Positions 48,715 through 60,716 of a stretch of 64,000 nt of DNA are shown here, one piece after another (positions within the stretch are counted from its first letter, which is position 1; every line of letters begins with the position of its first letter). The notes under the pieces were generated by a model. It was not told the origin of the DNA and did no database searches. It saw nothing but the letters and a program-made list of their open reading frames with translations. A program made the translations under genes and the position numbers. Origin of the DNA: an uncultured archaeon (lineage in GTDB: Archaea > Thermoproteota > Bathyarchaeia > Bathyarchaeales > Bathycorpusculaceae); the NCBI GenBank assembly GCA_963810275.1, contig CAWENF010000017.1, forward strand, positions 64,404-128,403, in the 5' to 3' direction.

Positions 48715-50391
48715 ATGAGTGAAAAAGACATAACTAGATTCCTGCAGATTTTAGGCTTATCCAAACGCGAAATTCAGGTATACATGTTTTTAGCTAAAAG
48801 CGGAGTCCAATCTACAAGTTTCGTGGCTAAACGCCTCAAAATGGAACGCGTCCAAGCCTACCGAACCTTCAAGAAACTTCAAGAGAAAGGCTTCATAGAA
48901 GCCACCTTGGAACGACCAACCCGCTTTACCATTGTGCCCTTCTGCACGTTAGTGGACAACTTCATAACTTCAAAGAAAAATGAAGTTACAAACTTAAACG
49001 ACCAAAAACAAGATTTGTTATCAGCTTGGGAATCTATAAGTGCTCCCGAATCCGAGTACCCCGTCGCCAAATTTTCCATTATAACGGGCAAAAAGAAAAT
49101 CCACTCAAAAATGCTAAACATGATAGAGGAATCCAAGAACCAAATCTTAGTGCTGACAACAGCGCTGGGGGTCCTTCAAGAAGATATCGCAGGCATCTTT
49201 GACGCTGCGTTTGTTCCCTCGCAAGAACGTAGCGTGCAGGTGTTAACCGACGTCTCAATGGATAACCTCAAAATCGTAGAACGCCTTGACCGCAACATAG
49301 AAGAAGATAAACTTAACATTAAATTGCGCCATGTGAGTATGAGCTCCAAGTTTTTCCCCCGTTTCCTCATAAAAGATGAGGAAGAAGCAATCCTGTATGC
49401 GCCGTTTGGCAACGAAGCATCCGTACTTAACCTCGAAGACGAAGGCCTATGGATTAACGATAAAATGTTCATATCGGTACTCAAAGAGTTTTTCTTACAG
49501 ATGTGGCAGGGCGGTGTGGATGCTGCTAAACGCATTGATGAGCTTAGAAGCGGTGTTCCCATCAGCGAAACACTGGTTATCCGCGACGCAGAGGACGCAT
49601 GGAGAAAAATTGCTAAAGTCTTAGAGTCCGCCAAAAAGGAAGTTGTGATTATTGCATCTTCACAGAGCATTAATCGCCTCGCTGAAAAAGACCCTCTAAT
49701 CAAACTGTTTCGAAATGATCTAAAAATCCGCTTGATGGCATCTATTGACTTAGACAACTTGGAGCCAGCCCGCAAACTCGCAGAAAACTATGAAGTCAAA
49801 CATGTGCCAATCAGTTACATGACTATGATGCTTGTGGACAACCACTACCTGTTCATGTTCAAAACGCCTCCCATAAGCGACGCAACTACCGCTGAATCAG
49901 CTTTCTATTTACCTGACACATTCTACTCCACTGACCCCAGCCAAATCGAACGAGTCAGCGAAATGCTAGACGACATTTGGAAACGCGGCATTGAAATAAC
50001 AGAAATCAGCAGCCAAGCCGGTACAAAATTACCCTCAGTCGAAGTTGAACCAACCGATACGATTGTACAGGTGGCAAGTAAAATGCTGCAGAACAATGTT
50101 ACCTCCGTTTTACTTTCTGAGCATGGCAAGCCTCTGGGCGTGATTGGCGACCGTGACTTGCTAAAAGAAGTCATCCAAACCCACCGTGACCCCGCAAAGA
50201 CGCAGGCGAAAAACCTCACGTATACACCGCTAATACTTTTGGAACCCAACGAAACAATGCTTACTGCTATGAAAGTCATGGCTCAAAAAGGCTTCAATAG
50301 AGCCGCCATGGTTAAAAATGGACAGCTTATCGGCATGTTGACTGAAGAAACCGCCAAAAAGGCAGCCTTGCAGCTAAACGCAGCACAGTAG
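48715..50391 (+). CDS. TrmB-family regulator with duplicated effector domain and C-terminal CBS pair
   Basis: N-terminal TrmB HTH, two related effector domains (..FLIKDEEE..LWIND; ..MMLVDN) and CBS motifs (KPLGVIGDRDLL; GQLIGMLT). Confidence 0.8.
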   Translation: MSEKDITRFLQILGLSKREIQVYMFLAKSGVQSTSFVAKRLKMERVQAYRTFKKLQEKGFIEATLERPTRFTIVPFCTLVDNFITSKKNEVTNLNDQKQDLLSAWESISAPESEYPVAKFSIITGKKKIHSKMLNMIEESKNQILVLTTALGVLQEDIAGIFDAAFVPSQERSVQVLTDVSMDNLKIVERLDRNIEEDKLNIKLRHVSMSSKFFPRFLIKDEEEAILYAPFGNEASVLNLEDEGLWINDKMFISVLKEFFLQMWQGGVDAAKRIDELRSGVPISETLVIRDAEDAWRKIAKVLESAKKEVVIIASSQSINRLAEKDPLIKLFRNDLKIRLMASIDLDNLEPARKLAENYEVKHVPISYMTMMLVDNHYLFMFKTPPISDATTAESAFYLPDTFYSTDPSQIERVSEMLDDIWKRGIEITEISSQAGTKLPSVEVEPTDTIVQVASKMLQNNVTSVLLSEHGKPLGVIGDRDLLKEVIQTHRDPAKTQAKNLTYTPLILLEPNETMLTAMKVMAQKGFNRAAMVKNGQLIGMLTEETAKKAALQLNAAQ

Positions 50392-50454
50392 CCGCCTACC
50401 CATTGCTTCTTTTCTTTTCAGATGCAAAGTATTATTAGCCTTTTTCTGGTTTAG

Positions 50455-51156
<702 letters not shown>

Positions 51157-51162
51157 CCCTTC

Positions 51163-52044
51163 TTGAAAGTTGAACCTGAATGTGAAGCTTGCCTGCTCAG
51201 CCGGGCGCAAACCCAAACTTACCAAGCCACCACCAACCCTGCACTGCGGTTCCGCTGCTTAGCCGAAATCGTCAAGCTCCTCAACAGAGAATTTAAACCG
51301 ACATCTAACTCTGCTGAAATCGGAACCAAACGTGATCGAATCATCCGCCAACTCACAGGCAACAATGACCCTTACGCGTTTACTAAGAAACAAGCCAACC
51401 AGAAAGCGCTTAAAATGCGTCCCCACGCCAAAAAATATGTGGATTCAGGCTACACTCAGCAGGAACGCTTTAAAAAAGCCTGCCTCGTTGCTATTGTAGG
51501 CAACATCATGGAGTTTGATATCCCTGGACACAAATTTACGCTTAATAACTTGGCAACCTGCATGCGCGAGGCAGCTAAAGATTTAGAGATTGATGACATT
51601 GAAAAAGCGTATGAGTTGGCTAAGAAAGCAAAAAGTGTTCTGTACTTAGCGGATAATGCAGGTGAAATCGTTTTTGACACTTTGCTTGTTGAGCAACTCA
51701 AGAACATGGGGCTTAAAGTGACTTATGTTGTCAAAGGTGGACCAGTCATCAATGATGCCACTATTGAGGATGTGGAGATCAGCAACATGGATAAATATGC
51801 TGACGAAGTTATAACCACCGGCGTTGATGCTGTAGGCTTGCAGAAAAAAGAGGTCTCCGCCGAGTTCTTAAGAGTATACGAAGAAGCCGAATTAGTCTTT
51901 GCTAAGGGAATGGGATACGCTGAAACTTTAACTGAATATAAACTCACCAAGCCACACTTGCTGATGTTTCGAACCAAATGCGCACCAGTTGCTAACTACT
52001 TCTGCGTACCAAGAGACAAAAACGTCGCCAAGCTGATGCCATAG
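51163..52044 (+). CDS. ARMT1/DUF89 damage-control phosphatase
   Basis: EC..C, DPY..K..AN, GN..EF, DNAGEIVFD, P.INDAT, KGMGY.E and KC..VA motifs. Confidence 0.9.
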   Translation: MKVEPECEACLLSRAQTQTYQATTNPALRFRCLAEIVKLLNREFKPTSNSAEIGTKRDRIIRQLTGNNDPYAFTKKQANQKALKMRPHAKKYVDSGYTQQERFKKACLVAIVGNIMEFDIPGHKFTLNNLATCMREAAKDLEIDDIEKAYELAKKAKSVLYLADNAGEIVFDTLLVEQLKNMGLKVTYVVKGGPVINDATIEDVEISNMDKYADEVITTGVDAVGLQKKEVSAEFLRVYEEAELVFAKGMGYAETLTEYKLTKPHLLMFRTKCAPVANYFCVPRDKNVAKLMP

Positions 52045-52045
52045 A

Positions 52046-54106
52046 ATGAATTTACCTGCTTTAACCTTTACCAGAGAGCAGCTGGCTCAAACCAACTTAG
52101 TGTTGGAGCAGGAATGGCTTTTAACCAATGGGTTAGGCGGCTACGCTTCATCTACAGTGCCAGCAGTTAACACCCGCAAATATCACGGCTTGCTGGTGGC
52201 CGCATTGGAACCCCCAGGCGTCCGCACGGTATGCTTAAGCAAACTTGACGAAGACATAGAAGTCGGCGACTTCACGTTTCGGTTGGGCGCCAACGAGTTC
52301 CGAGACTCCATATATCCCCAAGGCTACCGATACTTGGAGGCGTTGCGTATTGACCCTTTCCCAACTTACACTTACCAAACAGGCGACGTGACGGTTAAGA
52401 AAACGGTGTTTATGCCCAAAAACAAAAACGCCGTAGGCTTGCTCTACAGTATCCAAAACAAGTCAACGCAATATGCAAAAGTCAAGTTGTATCCGCTTCT
52501 AACCTGCCGCTTTTTCCACAACGTAGTTGACCGCACAAAAACCCCTTTTTCCTTCTCCGTAGATGCTGAAGGCGCCGATTTTCAAGCAATATTCACCCAC
52601 ATCCAAGCCACCGTATACTGCCATGCCTCTGAGGGGCAGTTTGTCAAGGCACAAAACTGGGTGGAGCGACTGCATTACCACGATGATTCTGAGCGGGGAG
52701 AATCCGACTACGACGACTGCTTCCAACCCGGGTACTTTTCATTGCAGGTTGCCGCAGGAGAAACACTGGACTTTGAGGTTGCTTGCGCCGCCAATCGTGA
52801 CGCCTTAGAAGCTAAAGCCGCTGCGTATTGGGTGGGCTCAACTTTTTTGGAGGCTAAAACCAGTTACAGGCTTGAACAAGACGAGACACAGGATTTACTG
52901 TCAAACTTTTATGTTTCACACCCCTCTGTGCCCAGATCGGATTGGCTTAGCTGGGTGTTGATTGCGGCAGATTCGTTTGTTGTAAACGACAAGGCGGGCG
53001 GGAAATCAATTATTGCGGGTTACCACTGGTTTGAGCCTTGGGGACGCGACACGTTTATTTCTCTGCCAGGACTGCTGCTAGTTACAGGCAGACACAGCGA
53101 CGCCCGAGACATCTTGGCTACTTTTGGCCGTTACCTAAAAGTCGGATTAATCCCTAACTTTATAACAGACAAAACAGGTGATGCCGCCTACAACACGGTG
53201 GACGGCACACTTTGGTACATTAACGCTGTTTTGCAGTACGTTAAGTACACTGGCGACTACGGTTTTGTTAGGGATAAGTTATGGGAAAACCTGCAGTCCA
53301 TCATAACAAACCATCAGCAGGGTACAATGTTTGGCATCCACCTTGACACTGACGGAATGTTGATACATGGCGCCCAGTTAACCTGGATGGATGCCGAGGT
53401 GGGCAACAACGCAATTACGCCCCGTAGCGGCAAAGCTGTAGAGATACAGGCTTTGTGGTATAACGCTCTTAAATCTATGGAGATGTTTGCCACAAAATTC
53501 GAAGACACTACATTGGCTGCTTTGTATGGACAACTGGCTTCGCAGGTTAAAGAAGCCTTTAACTCCAAGTTCTGGAACCATAAGCACCACTGCCTCTACG
53601 ACACTTTAAGTCTCAACGGCTCGTCTGATTCTTCCATGCGTCCCAACCAGATCTTAGCTGTCTCCCTCGATTACGGCATGCTTGATGCAGATCGAAGCAA
53701 GGGCATAGTTGAAGCGGTGAAATTGGAGTTAGTGACTCCGTTTGGGCTGCGTACGTTGTCGCTTGGAGATCCCAAATTTGTAGGCAAATGCTTCGGTGAT
53801 CGGAGAAGGCGCGACGCCGCTTACCATAATGGCACGATTTGGCCGTGGCTGTTGGGTCCCTACATTACAGCGTACCTTAAAGTAAACGGCTACAATCAAG
53901 CGGCATGTAGAGAAGCCCTAGATCAGTTAATTGAACCTCTCTTTTCGAGGAGCATACGAAGGGGTGGATTGGGGGCTGTTAGCGAAATCTATGACTCTGA
54001 CCCTCCTAATGAGCCTCGTGGCTGTATATCTCAGGCGTGGAGCGTGGCGGAGCCGCTTCGGGCATATGTTGAGGATGTTTTGCAAGTTAAGCCCCTATTC
54101 GGATAA
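52046..54106 (+). CDS. Glycogen debranching enzyme (amylo-alpha-1,6-glucosidase)
   Basis: EWLLTNGLGGYAS, AGYHWF..WGRDT, LTWMDA, GKAVEIQALW, RPNQ, YHNGTIWPW and QAWSVAE motifs. Confidence 0.93.
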   Translation: MNLPALTFTREQLAQTNLVLEQEWLLTNGLGGYASSTVPAVNTRKYHGLLVAALEPPGVRTVCLSKLDEDIEVGDFTFRLGANEFRDSIYPQGYRYLEALRIDPFPTYTYQTGDVTVKKTVFMPKNKNAVGLLYSIQNKSTQYAKVKLYPLLTCRFFHNVVDRTKTPFSFSVDAEGADFQAIFTHIQATVYCHASEGQFVKAQNWVERLHYHDDSERGESDYDDCFQPGYFSLQVAAGETLDFEVACAANRDALEAKAAAYWVGSTFLEAKTSYRLEQDETQDLLSNFYVSHPSVPRSDWLSWVLIAADSFVVNDKAGGKSIIAGYHWFEPWGRDTFISLPGLLLVTGRHSDARDILATFGRYLKVGLIPNFITDKTGDAAYNTVDGTLWYINAVLQYVKYTGDYGFVRDKLWENLQSIITNHQQGTMFGIHLDTDGMLIHGAQLTWMDAEVGNNAITPRSGKAVEIQALWYNALKSMEMFATKFEDTTLAALYGQLASQVKEAFNSKFWNHKHHCLYDTLSLNGSSDSSMRPNQILAVSLDYGMLDADRSKGIVEAVKLELVTPFGLRTLSLGDPKFVGKCFGDRRRRDAAYHNGTIWPWLLGPYITAYLKVNGYNQAACREALDQLIEPLFSRSIRRGGLGAVSEIYDSDPPNEPRGCISQAWSVAEPLRAYVEDVLQVKPLFG

Positions 54107-54201
54107 AGTATTGTGAGCTTTAGATTTTTGTTGTTACATTTAGTTGACTGGAAACCCTTAAAGCTACGCACCATGTTTTAGCCCTTTTAGGCTGAATTAC
54201 T

Positions 54202-55578
54202 TTGGTTTCAAACCAAAAACCCAAACCTACAGTAGACGAATTGCTTGCGAAAGCCAAAAAACCTGCAATGCTCTCTCCTCCCATGCATCGCTTCTATGAG
54301 GGAAAAATGCAGACTATTCCCAAATGCGTTATCCGCAGCGTAGATGACTTTGCTATTTGGTATACGCCTGGCGTTGCAGCGGCATGCAAAGAAATCCAAA
54401 CCGACAAAGATAAATCGTTTGAGTTAACTAACCGTGGAAACTCTATTGCTATCGTAACTGATGGCACCAGAGTTTTGGGTTTAGGCAACATTGGACCTGA
54501 AGCCGCCATGCCCGTCATGGAAGGCAAAGCAATGCTATTCAAGTACCTTGGCGGCGTGGATGCTTTCCCGATTTGCCTTCGCACCAAGGACCCCGACGAA
54601 ATCGTCAACATATGCAAGGCGTTGGAACCATCGTTTGGAGGCATTAACCTTGAAGATATTGAGAAGCCAAAATGCTTCCAAGTTCTAGAAAAAGCCCGCA
54701 GCGAAATGAACGTGCCAGTCTGGCACGATGATCAACAAGGAACAGCCACAGTAATCTTGGCGGGACTGATGAATGCTTTTAAGCTGGTGGGTAAAGACCC
54801 TAAAGAAAGCTTAATCACGCTGGTCGGTTCAGGTGCCGCTAATATTCGAACAGCTTATGTGTTGATGCGATGGGGTGTCAAACCCGGCAACATAATCTTA
54901 GCTGACTCTAAAGGCGTACTCTATAAGGGTAGATCTGATATAGTGGAAGCCGAAGACCCATGGAAGTATGATGTGACACAGAAAACCAACGCTGAAGGCA
55001 GAGTAGGCAACATCAAGGAAGCCTTCAAAGACGTAGATGCAGTAGTCGCCGCATCTAAACCAGGTCCTGGCACCATCAAGAAGGAGTGGATTCAGAGTAT
55101 GGCGTCTGACTCCATCGTTTTTGCGTGCGCCAACCCCATTCCCGAAATTTGGCCGTGGGAAGCTGAAGAGGCAGGTGCACGGGTTGTAGCGACGGGGCGC
55201 AGTGACTTCCCGAACCAAGTTAACAACAGTATGGGTTTTCCAGCAATTTTCCGAGGGGTTCTGGACGTGAAGGCGAAGACGGTGACGGATGACATGTGTA
55301 TCGCTGCTGCCACAGAATTAGCAGACTATGCTGAGGAGCGGGGTATGGACGAGAAAAACCTGCTGCCCACGATGAGCGAATGGGAAGTGTTTCCACGTGA
55401 AGCCGTTGCATGTGCATTAAAATCTATTGAGCAAGGGTTGGCAAGGATTAAGCCGAGCCGCCAGGAACTTTACGAGCGTGCTTGTGCAATTATTACAAAT
55501 GCCCGGAAATCAACTGAGTTGCTGATGAAGTATGGTTTGATTAAGCAGCCGCCAACAGATGAGCAGCTTCTCGAGTAA
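54202..55578 (+). CDS. NAD(P)-dependent malic enzyme
   Basis: YTPGVA, TDGTRVLGLGNIG, MEGKA, INLEDI, HDDQQGTA and TGRSDFPNQVNN motifs. Confidence 0.94.
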   Translation: MVSNQKPKPTVDELLAKAKKPAMLSPPMHRFYEGKMQTIPKCVIRSVDDFAIWYTPGVAAACKEIQTDKDKSFELTNRGNSIAIVTDGTRVLGLGNIGPEAAMPVMEGKAMLFKYLGGVDAFPICLRTKDPDEIVNICKALEPSFGGINLEDIEKPKCFQVLEKARSEMNVPVWHDDQQGTATVILAGLMNAFKLVGKDPKESLITLVGSGAANIRTAYVLMRWGVKPGNIILADSKGVLYKGRSDIVEAEDPWKYDVTQKTNAEGRVGNIKEAFKDVDAVVAASKPGPGTIKKEWIQSMASDSIVFACANPIPEIWPWEAEEAGARVVATGRSDFPNQVNNSMGFPAIFRGVLDVKAKTVTDDMCIAAATELADYAEERGMDEKNLLPTMSEWEVFPREAVACALKSIEQGLARIKPSRQELYERACAIITNARKSTELLMKYGLIKQPPTDEQLLE

Positions 55579-55648
55579 CCTTGCATTTTCTATTCTTTTT
55601 AGTTAAAACATTTTTTTTTAGAACAATAATGAAATAGGAAAATATGGT

Positions 55649-55918
55649 TTAGATGGGGCTGATTTTTATGATGTTGCGTTTTTCAAGTCTGCGCAGGGCG
55701 TCAAGGCATTCGTCTTTCTTTTCGCTTTGAATGTTTAGATGCAACATGATGTCTCTAACTGATACGCCAGGTTTGCCAAAGTTTTCGTGACGTTTGTATA
55801 GATGTTTGACAATTGATTTTTCAATCTTGCCGCATCGCCAAGTAGTGTTGCGGATTAAAACAACGATGGTTCGAACCAGAGTTTGCTCATTTGATTTTCT
55901 TCCACGGGATTCGCCCAA
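55649..55918 (-). CDS. Hypothetical basic protein (possible winged-helix)
   Basis: 89 aa with a GGGGAG SD; C-terminal V.VRDI...L.ALRRLEKRNII is HTH-like. Confidence 0.6.
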   Translation of the reverse strand: MGESRGRKSNEQTLVRTIVVLIRNTTWRCGKIEKSIVKHLYKRHENFGKPGVSVRDIMLHLNIQSEKKDECLDALRRLEKRNIIKISPI

Positions 55919-55994
55919 CTCTCCCCACCGCTTTTTCTACCGCATCTAATCATATAAGGCTTACTCGGTAAGGCTAAATAGGGGTACTACAGCG

Positions 55995-56441
55995 CTATAG
56001 GGTTTTTTTAAGGTATAGTCCGTGTTTTTTGCCATAATACCGCTCAAGCAATCCAATCGTGCAGTAACCCACCTTTAGATACAACGATATCGCCGCCTGG
56101 TTGTCTTCCTTAACTTCCAATCGGCAGTCGTTTATACCTCGCTGTTTGAGTTGACGCTCCATTTCCCCTAAAAGTTGAGTGGCAACAGCTCTTCGGCGGA
56201 AAATGGAAGCGACATTAAGTGTTACTACGTGTCCAAAGTTTACGTCGCCTGTTTCTATTTGCACAATAACAAACCCTGCTATAGCATTATCTACTTTAGC
56301 GACCAGGGTGATGCTGTTTAAGTCCTTTAATAAATACGTTATTTGGCGCTTAGAAAATGCTTCCTCACTAAAGCACTGCTGCTCTATCTTGTACAGCGGG
56401 TCAAGAAGCTTGAGAGAGGCTTCTTCAATTCTAACTTCCAT
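55995..56441 (-). CDS. rimI: RimI-like GNAT N-acetyltransferase
   Basis: IEQQCF, GHV.TLNV...RRR.VA..L and LEV..DN.AA..LY.K.GY...RYY motifs. Confidence 0.85.
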   Translation of the reverse strand: MEVRIEEASLKLLDPLYKIEQQCFSEEAFSKRQITYLLKDLNSITLVAKVDNAIAGFVIVQIETGDVNFGHVVTLNVASIFRRRAVATQLLGEMERQLKQRGINDCRLEVKEDNQAAISLYLKVGYCTIGLLERYYGKKHGLYLKKTL

Positions 56442-56450
56442 AACTTAGGA

Positions 56451-57539
56451 CTAACTAGATATTTGAGGACAAGGGCTTTTAGTTTTTTCCGTATCTAAAG
56501 CCAAAGGAAGGGCTGGTTTAAGCTCGAGGTACTGCTGAGCGGAGAACCCTACAAAAAAGCGGAACCATAAAGTTATTAGCCGAGATAGAATTGTGGCAGT
56601 GGCTGCGAGTGCTGCGTCGACGCCCATGAATATAAAGAGAGTTGTCATGGTTGCTTCGGGGATACCGACTTCGAAGGGTATGCCAGCGGGGATGGATTTC
56701 ACTGCTAAAACGATGGCGGACGTTACCAAGATTATGCTCCACGAGATGGGCTGTCCAAGTGAGACGAACACAAGGTAGGGTATACTTAAAGTGAAAACCC
56801 ACGTCACCCCCATGTAGAGGAATGATACCGCAAGGGGACGTTTGTTGTGGCGGTACTGTAACATGGAGTCGTGAAAGTGGTCTGCGGTTTCTACTGCTTG
56901 CTCTTGGATTTTGGAAAGCGTCCATTTACCACGCGATATTTTGCATACGAAACGGGTCGCCAAACCAATGAGTTTGAGCATCCAAGGCTTCTTAAAAGAC
57001 AGCACTGTCAGGGCGACAAGTATACCTGTTATTGCTGCGGCTACGAATATAATAAGTGTAAACACATCACCGTAGACTTGCCCCTCAAAAAACAGCAGCC
57101 CAACGCCTAAGAGCAGTATTGCCACATTCATAGTCATGCCTATTAGGCGGTGGGTGAAAAGCGACGCAACAACTTTACCAAACGAGCCGCATTGGTCACG
57201 TGTTGCAAGGTAAGCGCGAGTGACTTCTCCGCTTATGGATTCAGCGGGCACAATTATGTCTACGTATAAGCCATACCAAACATAGAGAAAAGCGCGCGAG
57301 ACTCCAAGTTTGATATCAAGGTGGCGGGTGAGGGTATGCCATGACAAGGTGTAGAAGAATACTTCGGCGACGCCAACCCCAATTGCGAGGAGGAATATGG
57401 GTAGGCTGGCGGTTTGAACTGTTTGCAGTATGCCCACTATGTCAACTTGGAAGAGGTAGATATAGATAAAGAAGCCCAATATTCCCAGAATAGGGAATAG
57501 CAAAGTTTTCCATGTAAATTTTGGTTTAGGTGGCTCCAT
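56451..57539 (-). CDS. Lysylphosphatidylglycerol-synthase TM / flippase-like membrane protein (UPF0104)
   Basis: IVPAESISGE..RAY, IP.GIP.EVG..E and SRLITLW motifs; multiple TM helices. Confidence 0.85.
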   Translation of the reverse strand: MEPPKPKFTWKTLLFPILGILGFFIYIYLFQVDIVGILQTVQTASLPIFLLAIGVGVAEVFFYTLSWHTLTRHLDIKLGVSRAFLYVWYGLYVDIIVPAESISGEVTRAYLATRDQCGSFGKVVASLFTHRLIGMTMNVAILLLGVGLLFFEGQVYGDVFTLIIFVAAAITGILVALTVLSFKKPWMLKLIGLATRFVCKISRGKWTLSKIQEQAVETADHFHDSMLQYRHNKRPLAVSFLYMGVTWVFTLSIPYLVFVSLGQPISWSIILVTSAIVLAVKSIPAGIPFEVGIPEATMTTLFIFMGVDAALAATATILSRLITLWFRFFVGFSAQQYLELKPALPLALDTEKTKSPCPQISS

Positions 57540-57845
57540 TGGGCATCAGGCTGATTGAGGGTGGTACTCTGCAATTATATACTTTATCCAAAAACTTGGC
57601 GGTATGCCCCCTTTTTCTGTGTGTGGTTACCTGTTGTTTTTATTCATTTTTGTTTTAATATTTTAAAATGAAGAGGATGCCACTTTATTTTTCAACAAAT
57701 TAGAAATTGTACAACAATATGTTTTGCATAAGCATCTGGACTTGTGCGCTGTGGTTGAGGCGGCTTGTACACAAACAGAAGTTACAGAAAACTGTTTTCC
57801 AAAAGAGTCTCTTGAAGCTAAAAGAAAAAAGAAAAGATAGGGAGC

Positions 57846-59804
57846 TTATGCTCCGAGTTGTTTGCGAAGGTCTGCGTAGGTTGCTTTGATGTCTTCGATG
57901 CTGCCTTCGTCTTCGATGGTGCTTGTATCACCCAAAGGTGCACCTGTTAGGACTGCTTTGAGGAGCCTGCGCATGATTTTGCCGCTACGGGTCTTTGGCA
58001 GTTTGGCAACGATTATGACGGCGGAGGGTGTTGCGATTGGACCAATCGTTGTTCGAACATGTTTAGTAAGTTCGGCTCGCAATTCGTCGGAGGGGGTAAA
58101 TCCACTGCGTAATACTACGAATGCTACTGGAACTTCACCTTTTACGACGTCTTCTTTGCCCATGACTGCGGCTTCAGAGACTGCTGGATGTGAGACGAGT
58201 GCAGATTCGAGCTCGACGGTACCTATTCTGTGGCCTGCGACTTTGAGGACTTCGTCTGCTCTTCCGAGGAGCCAGAAGTAACCGTCTGGGTCGCGTATTG
58301 CGTAGTCACCTACGTAGTAGATGCCTGGCCATTTGCTGAAGTAGGTTTGTTTGAAGCGATCAGGGTTTTTCCAGACTGTTTGCAGCATTCCTGGCCAAGG
58401 TGACTTGATTACTAGGTAGCCTTTGGTTCCTTGAGGTACGGATTGTCCTTTTTCGTCGAAGATGTCAGCGTTAACTGCGGGCAAGGGTAATGTGGCTGAG
58501 CCTGGTTTGAGTGGTGTTAACTCTATGCCTGTGGCTGGTGAAATCATGAAGCCGCCTGTTTCTGTTTGCCACCAGGTGTCGATGATTGGCAGTTTCTCTT
58601 TGCCGATGACACGGTAGTACCATTTCCATGCTTCTGGGTTGATGGCTTCGCCGACTGATCCAAGGAGGCGTAGAGTACTGAGGTCGTGTTTGTTAACCCA
58701 TTCTTCGCCGAATTTCATGAACATGCGGACAGCGGTTGGGGTGCCGTAGAGTATTGTTATGCCGTGGCGTTCAATCATATCCCACCAGCGGTCTTGTGCG
58801 GGGTAGTCGGGTGTGCCTTCAAAGAGGAATGCTGTGATTCCGAGGCTCAGAGGAGCATATACGTTGTATGTGTGTCCTGTGATCCAGCCAATGTCTGCAA
58901 CACACCAGTAGATGTCTTCGTCTGTTGGGTTGAATGCCCATTTAAGAGTCCAATAAGCCCAAGTTAGATAGCCGCCTGTTCCGTGTTGTACACCTTTTGG
59001 TTTGCCAGTGGTTCCTGAAGTGTAGAGAATGAATAGTGGGTCGGTTGAGTTCATGCTTTCTGGTTCGACATAAGCGTTTGCGCCTGCCGCCGTTAATGCA
59101 TCGTGATACCAGACGTCTCTGCCTTCTTTCATTTGGACGTCTTGACCTGTTCGTTTAACAACGATGACTTTCTCGATGTTCGGCATGAGTGGTGCTGCAC
59201 GATCAGCGTTATCTTTGATTGCAACTGGTTTGCCGCGACGGAAAGACCCATCTGCTGTGATTAGGATTTTTGCACCGCTGTCATTTACTCTGTCGGCTAA
59301 TGCTTCAGCGCTGAAACCTGAAAAGACTACAGTGTGAACTCCACCGATTCTAGTTGCTGCCAGCAAAGAGATTGGTAATTCAGGAATAACAGGTAAAAAC
59401 AGTGCGATACGGTCGCCTTTTTTGAGACCTAAGTCTTTTAGTGCTTTTGCGAGTTGGTTTACTTCGCGGTACAGTTGGTAGTAGGTGTAGGTTTTTACTT
59501 CACCCATCTCGCCTTCCCAGATGTAGGCGAGTTTGTTTTTGCGGTTGCTTTTGACGTGCCTGTCTAAGGTGTTGTATGATATGTTTAATTCGCCATCAGG
59601 GAACCATTTGAAGAACGGCGGGTTAGAATCATCCAGAATTTGAGTTGGTGACTTAAACCAGTCGATTGCTTTGGCTTTTTCTGCCCAAAACTCTCGGGGG
59701 TTCTTAATGGAATCCTCCCACATTTGCTTGCGTATTTCTCCAGAAGAAACTTTTGCAATGCTGGGAGAATACTTCTCGTTGAAGGGTAGACTTGCTTCAG
59801 ACAT
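57846..59804 (-). CDS. acs: Acetyl-CoA synthetase (AMP-forming)
   Basis: YTSGTTGKPKG, ADIGWITGH, DTWWQTETGG and LPKTRSGKIMRR motifs. Confidence 0.96.
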   Translation of the reverse strand: MSEASLPFNEKYSPSIAKVSSGEIRKQMWEDSIKNPREFWAEKAKAIDWFKSPTQILDDSNPPFFKWFPDGELNISYNTLDRHVKSNRKNKLAYIWEGEMGEVKTYTYYQLYREVNQLAKALKDLGLKKGDRIALFLPVIPELPISLLAATRIGGVHTVVFSGFSAEALADRVNDSGAKILITADGSFRRGKPVAIKDNADRAAPLMPNIEKVIVVKRTGQDVQMKEGRDVWYHDALTAAGANAYVEPESMNSTDPLFILYTSGTTGKPKGVQHGTGGYLTWAYWTLKWAFNPTDEDIYWCVADIGWITGHTYNVYAPLSLGITAFLFEGTPDYPAQDRWWDMIERHGITILYGTPTAVRMFMKFGEEWVNKHDLSTLRLLGSVGEAINPEAWKWYYRVIGKEKLPIIDTWWQTETGGFMISPATGIELTPLKPGSATLPLPAVNADIFDEKGQSVPQGTKGYLVIKSPWPGMLQTVWKNPDRFKQTYFSKWPGIYYVGDYAIRDPDGYFWLLGRADEVLKVAGHRIGTVELESALVSHPAVSEAAVMGKEDVVKGEVPVAFVVLRSGFTPSDELRAELTKHVRTTIGPIATPSAVIIVAKLPKTRSGKIMRRLLKAVLTGAPLGDTSTIEDEGSIEDIKATYADLRKQLGA

Positions 59805-60137
59805 ATTCTCATCCTTTGGGGGTTTCATACTGACTGTCTGAATATAAGTTTTTTTAGTGGAATGCTGTGAAATCGTAAAAAGATTTTAAAATTTTTTGAT
59901 TACTGGGAAAAAGTGTTTTTTACTTTTGGATGGAGCGATAATACTGGTTACAACAATTTACACCCAAAATATTATATATGCAAAAACAATATCGTAAAAT
60001 AGACACGCATTAGATTACTTTTCACCATACAAAAAATCATTTTTTCGGTGAAAAATTACGTTAAACGTAATGTAAAAAGCTGGTTAGGAGAGGATGAACG
60101 CCCCGCGAAAGAAGAAAAAATAAAAAAGGGAAATTTT

Positions 60138-60716
60138 CTATTTTTTCACTGGCCAAATAGGCAACACAATTCTTCCATTTGCTTCATTCAGCACTTCTGC
60201 CAATCCCAAATAGACAGCACTAGAACCACAGATGACTCCTTCGATGCCGGTGATAGTGTTGAACCAGGCTGGGTTGCCCATGAGTTCTCTTGCCATAAGC
60301 ATAAAGAACAAAATGAACAATGTTCCAAAGACTAATTGTAGAGTACGATTTGTTTTCAGCGTGCCAAAGAACATCGCCAGAGTGAACAGCCCCCACATGA
60401 AGAAGTAAGCTGCCATTGCGGCGTTATCAGCCGCTGCAACTCCACTTAAGAAAGATGTGCCCGGAAGCAGAATCAAAGCCACTAGTGACCACCAGAAAAG
60501 CCCGTAGGAAGTGAATGCGACCATGCCAAAAGTGTTGCCTTTTTTGAATTCCATAACGCCCACAATGATTTGTGCCAGTCCGCCGTATGCAATGCCCATT
60601 GCCAGTATCATGCCGTTTAAGCCAAAAATACCTGCATTGTGTAGGTTCAGAAGAACTGTAGTTAAGCCAAAGCCCAGCAATCCAAGAGGTGCAGGGTTGG
60701 CAAATTTTTCACTCAT
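60138..60716 (-). CDS. satP: Acetate uptake transporter (SatP/GPR1/FUN34 family)
   Basis: [15 protein letters not shown] and GNTFG..AF.SYG.FW motifs. Confidence 0.92.
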   Translation of the reverse strand: MSEKFANPAPLGLLGFGLTTVLLNLHNAGIFGLNGMILAMGIAYGGLAQIIVGVMEFKKGNTFGMVAFTSYGLFWWSLVALILLPGTSFLSGVAAADNAAMAAYFFMWGLFTLAMFFGTLKTNRTLQLVFGTLFILFFMLMARELMGNPAWFNTITGIEGVICGSSAVYLGLAEVLNEANGRIVLPIWPVKK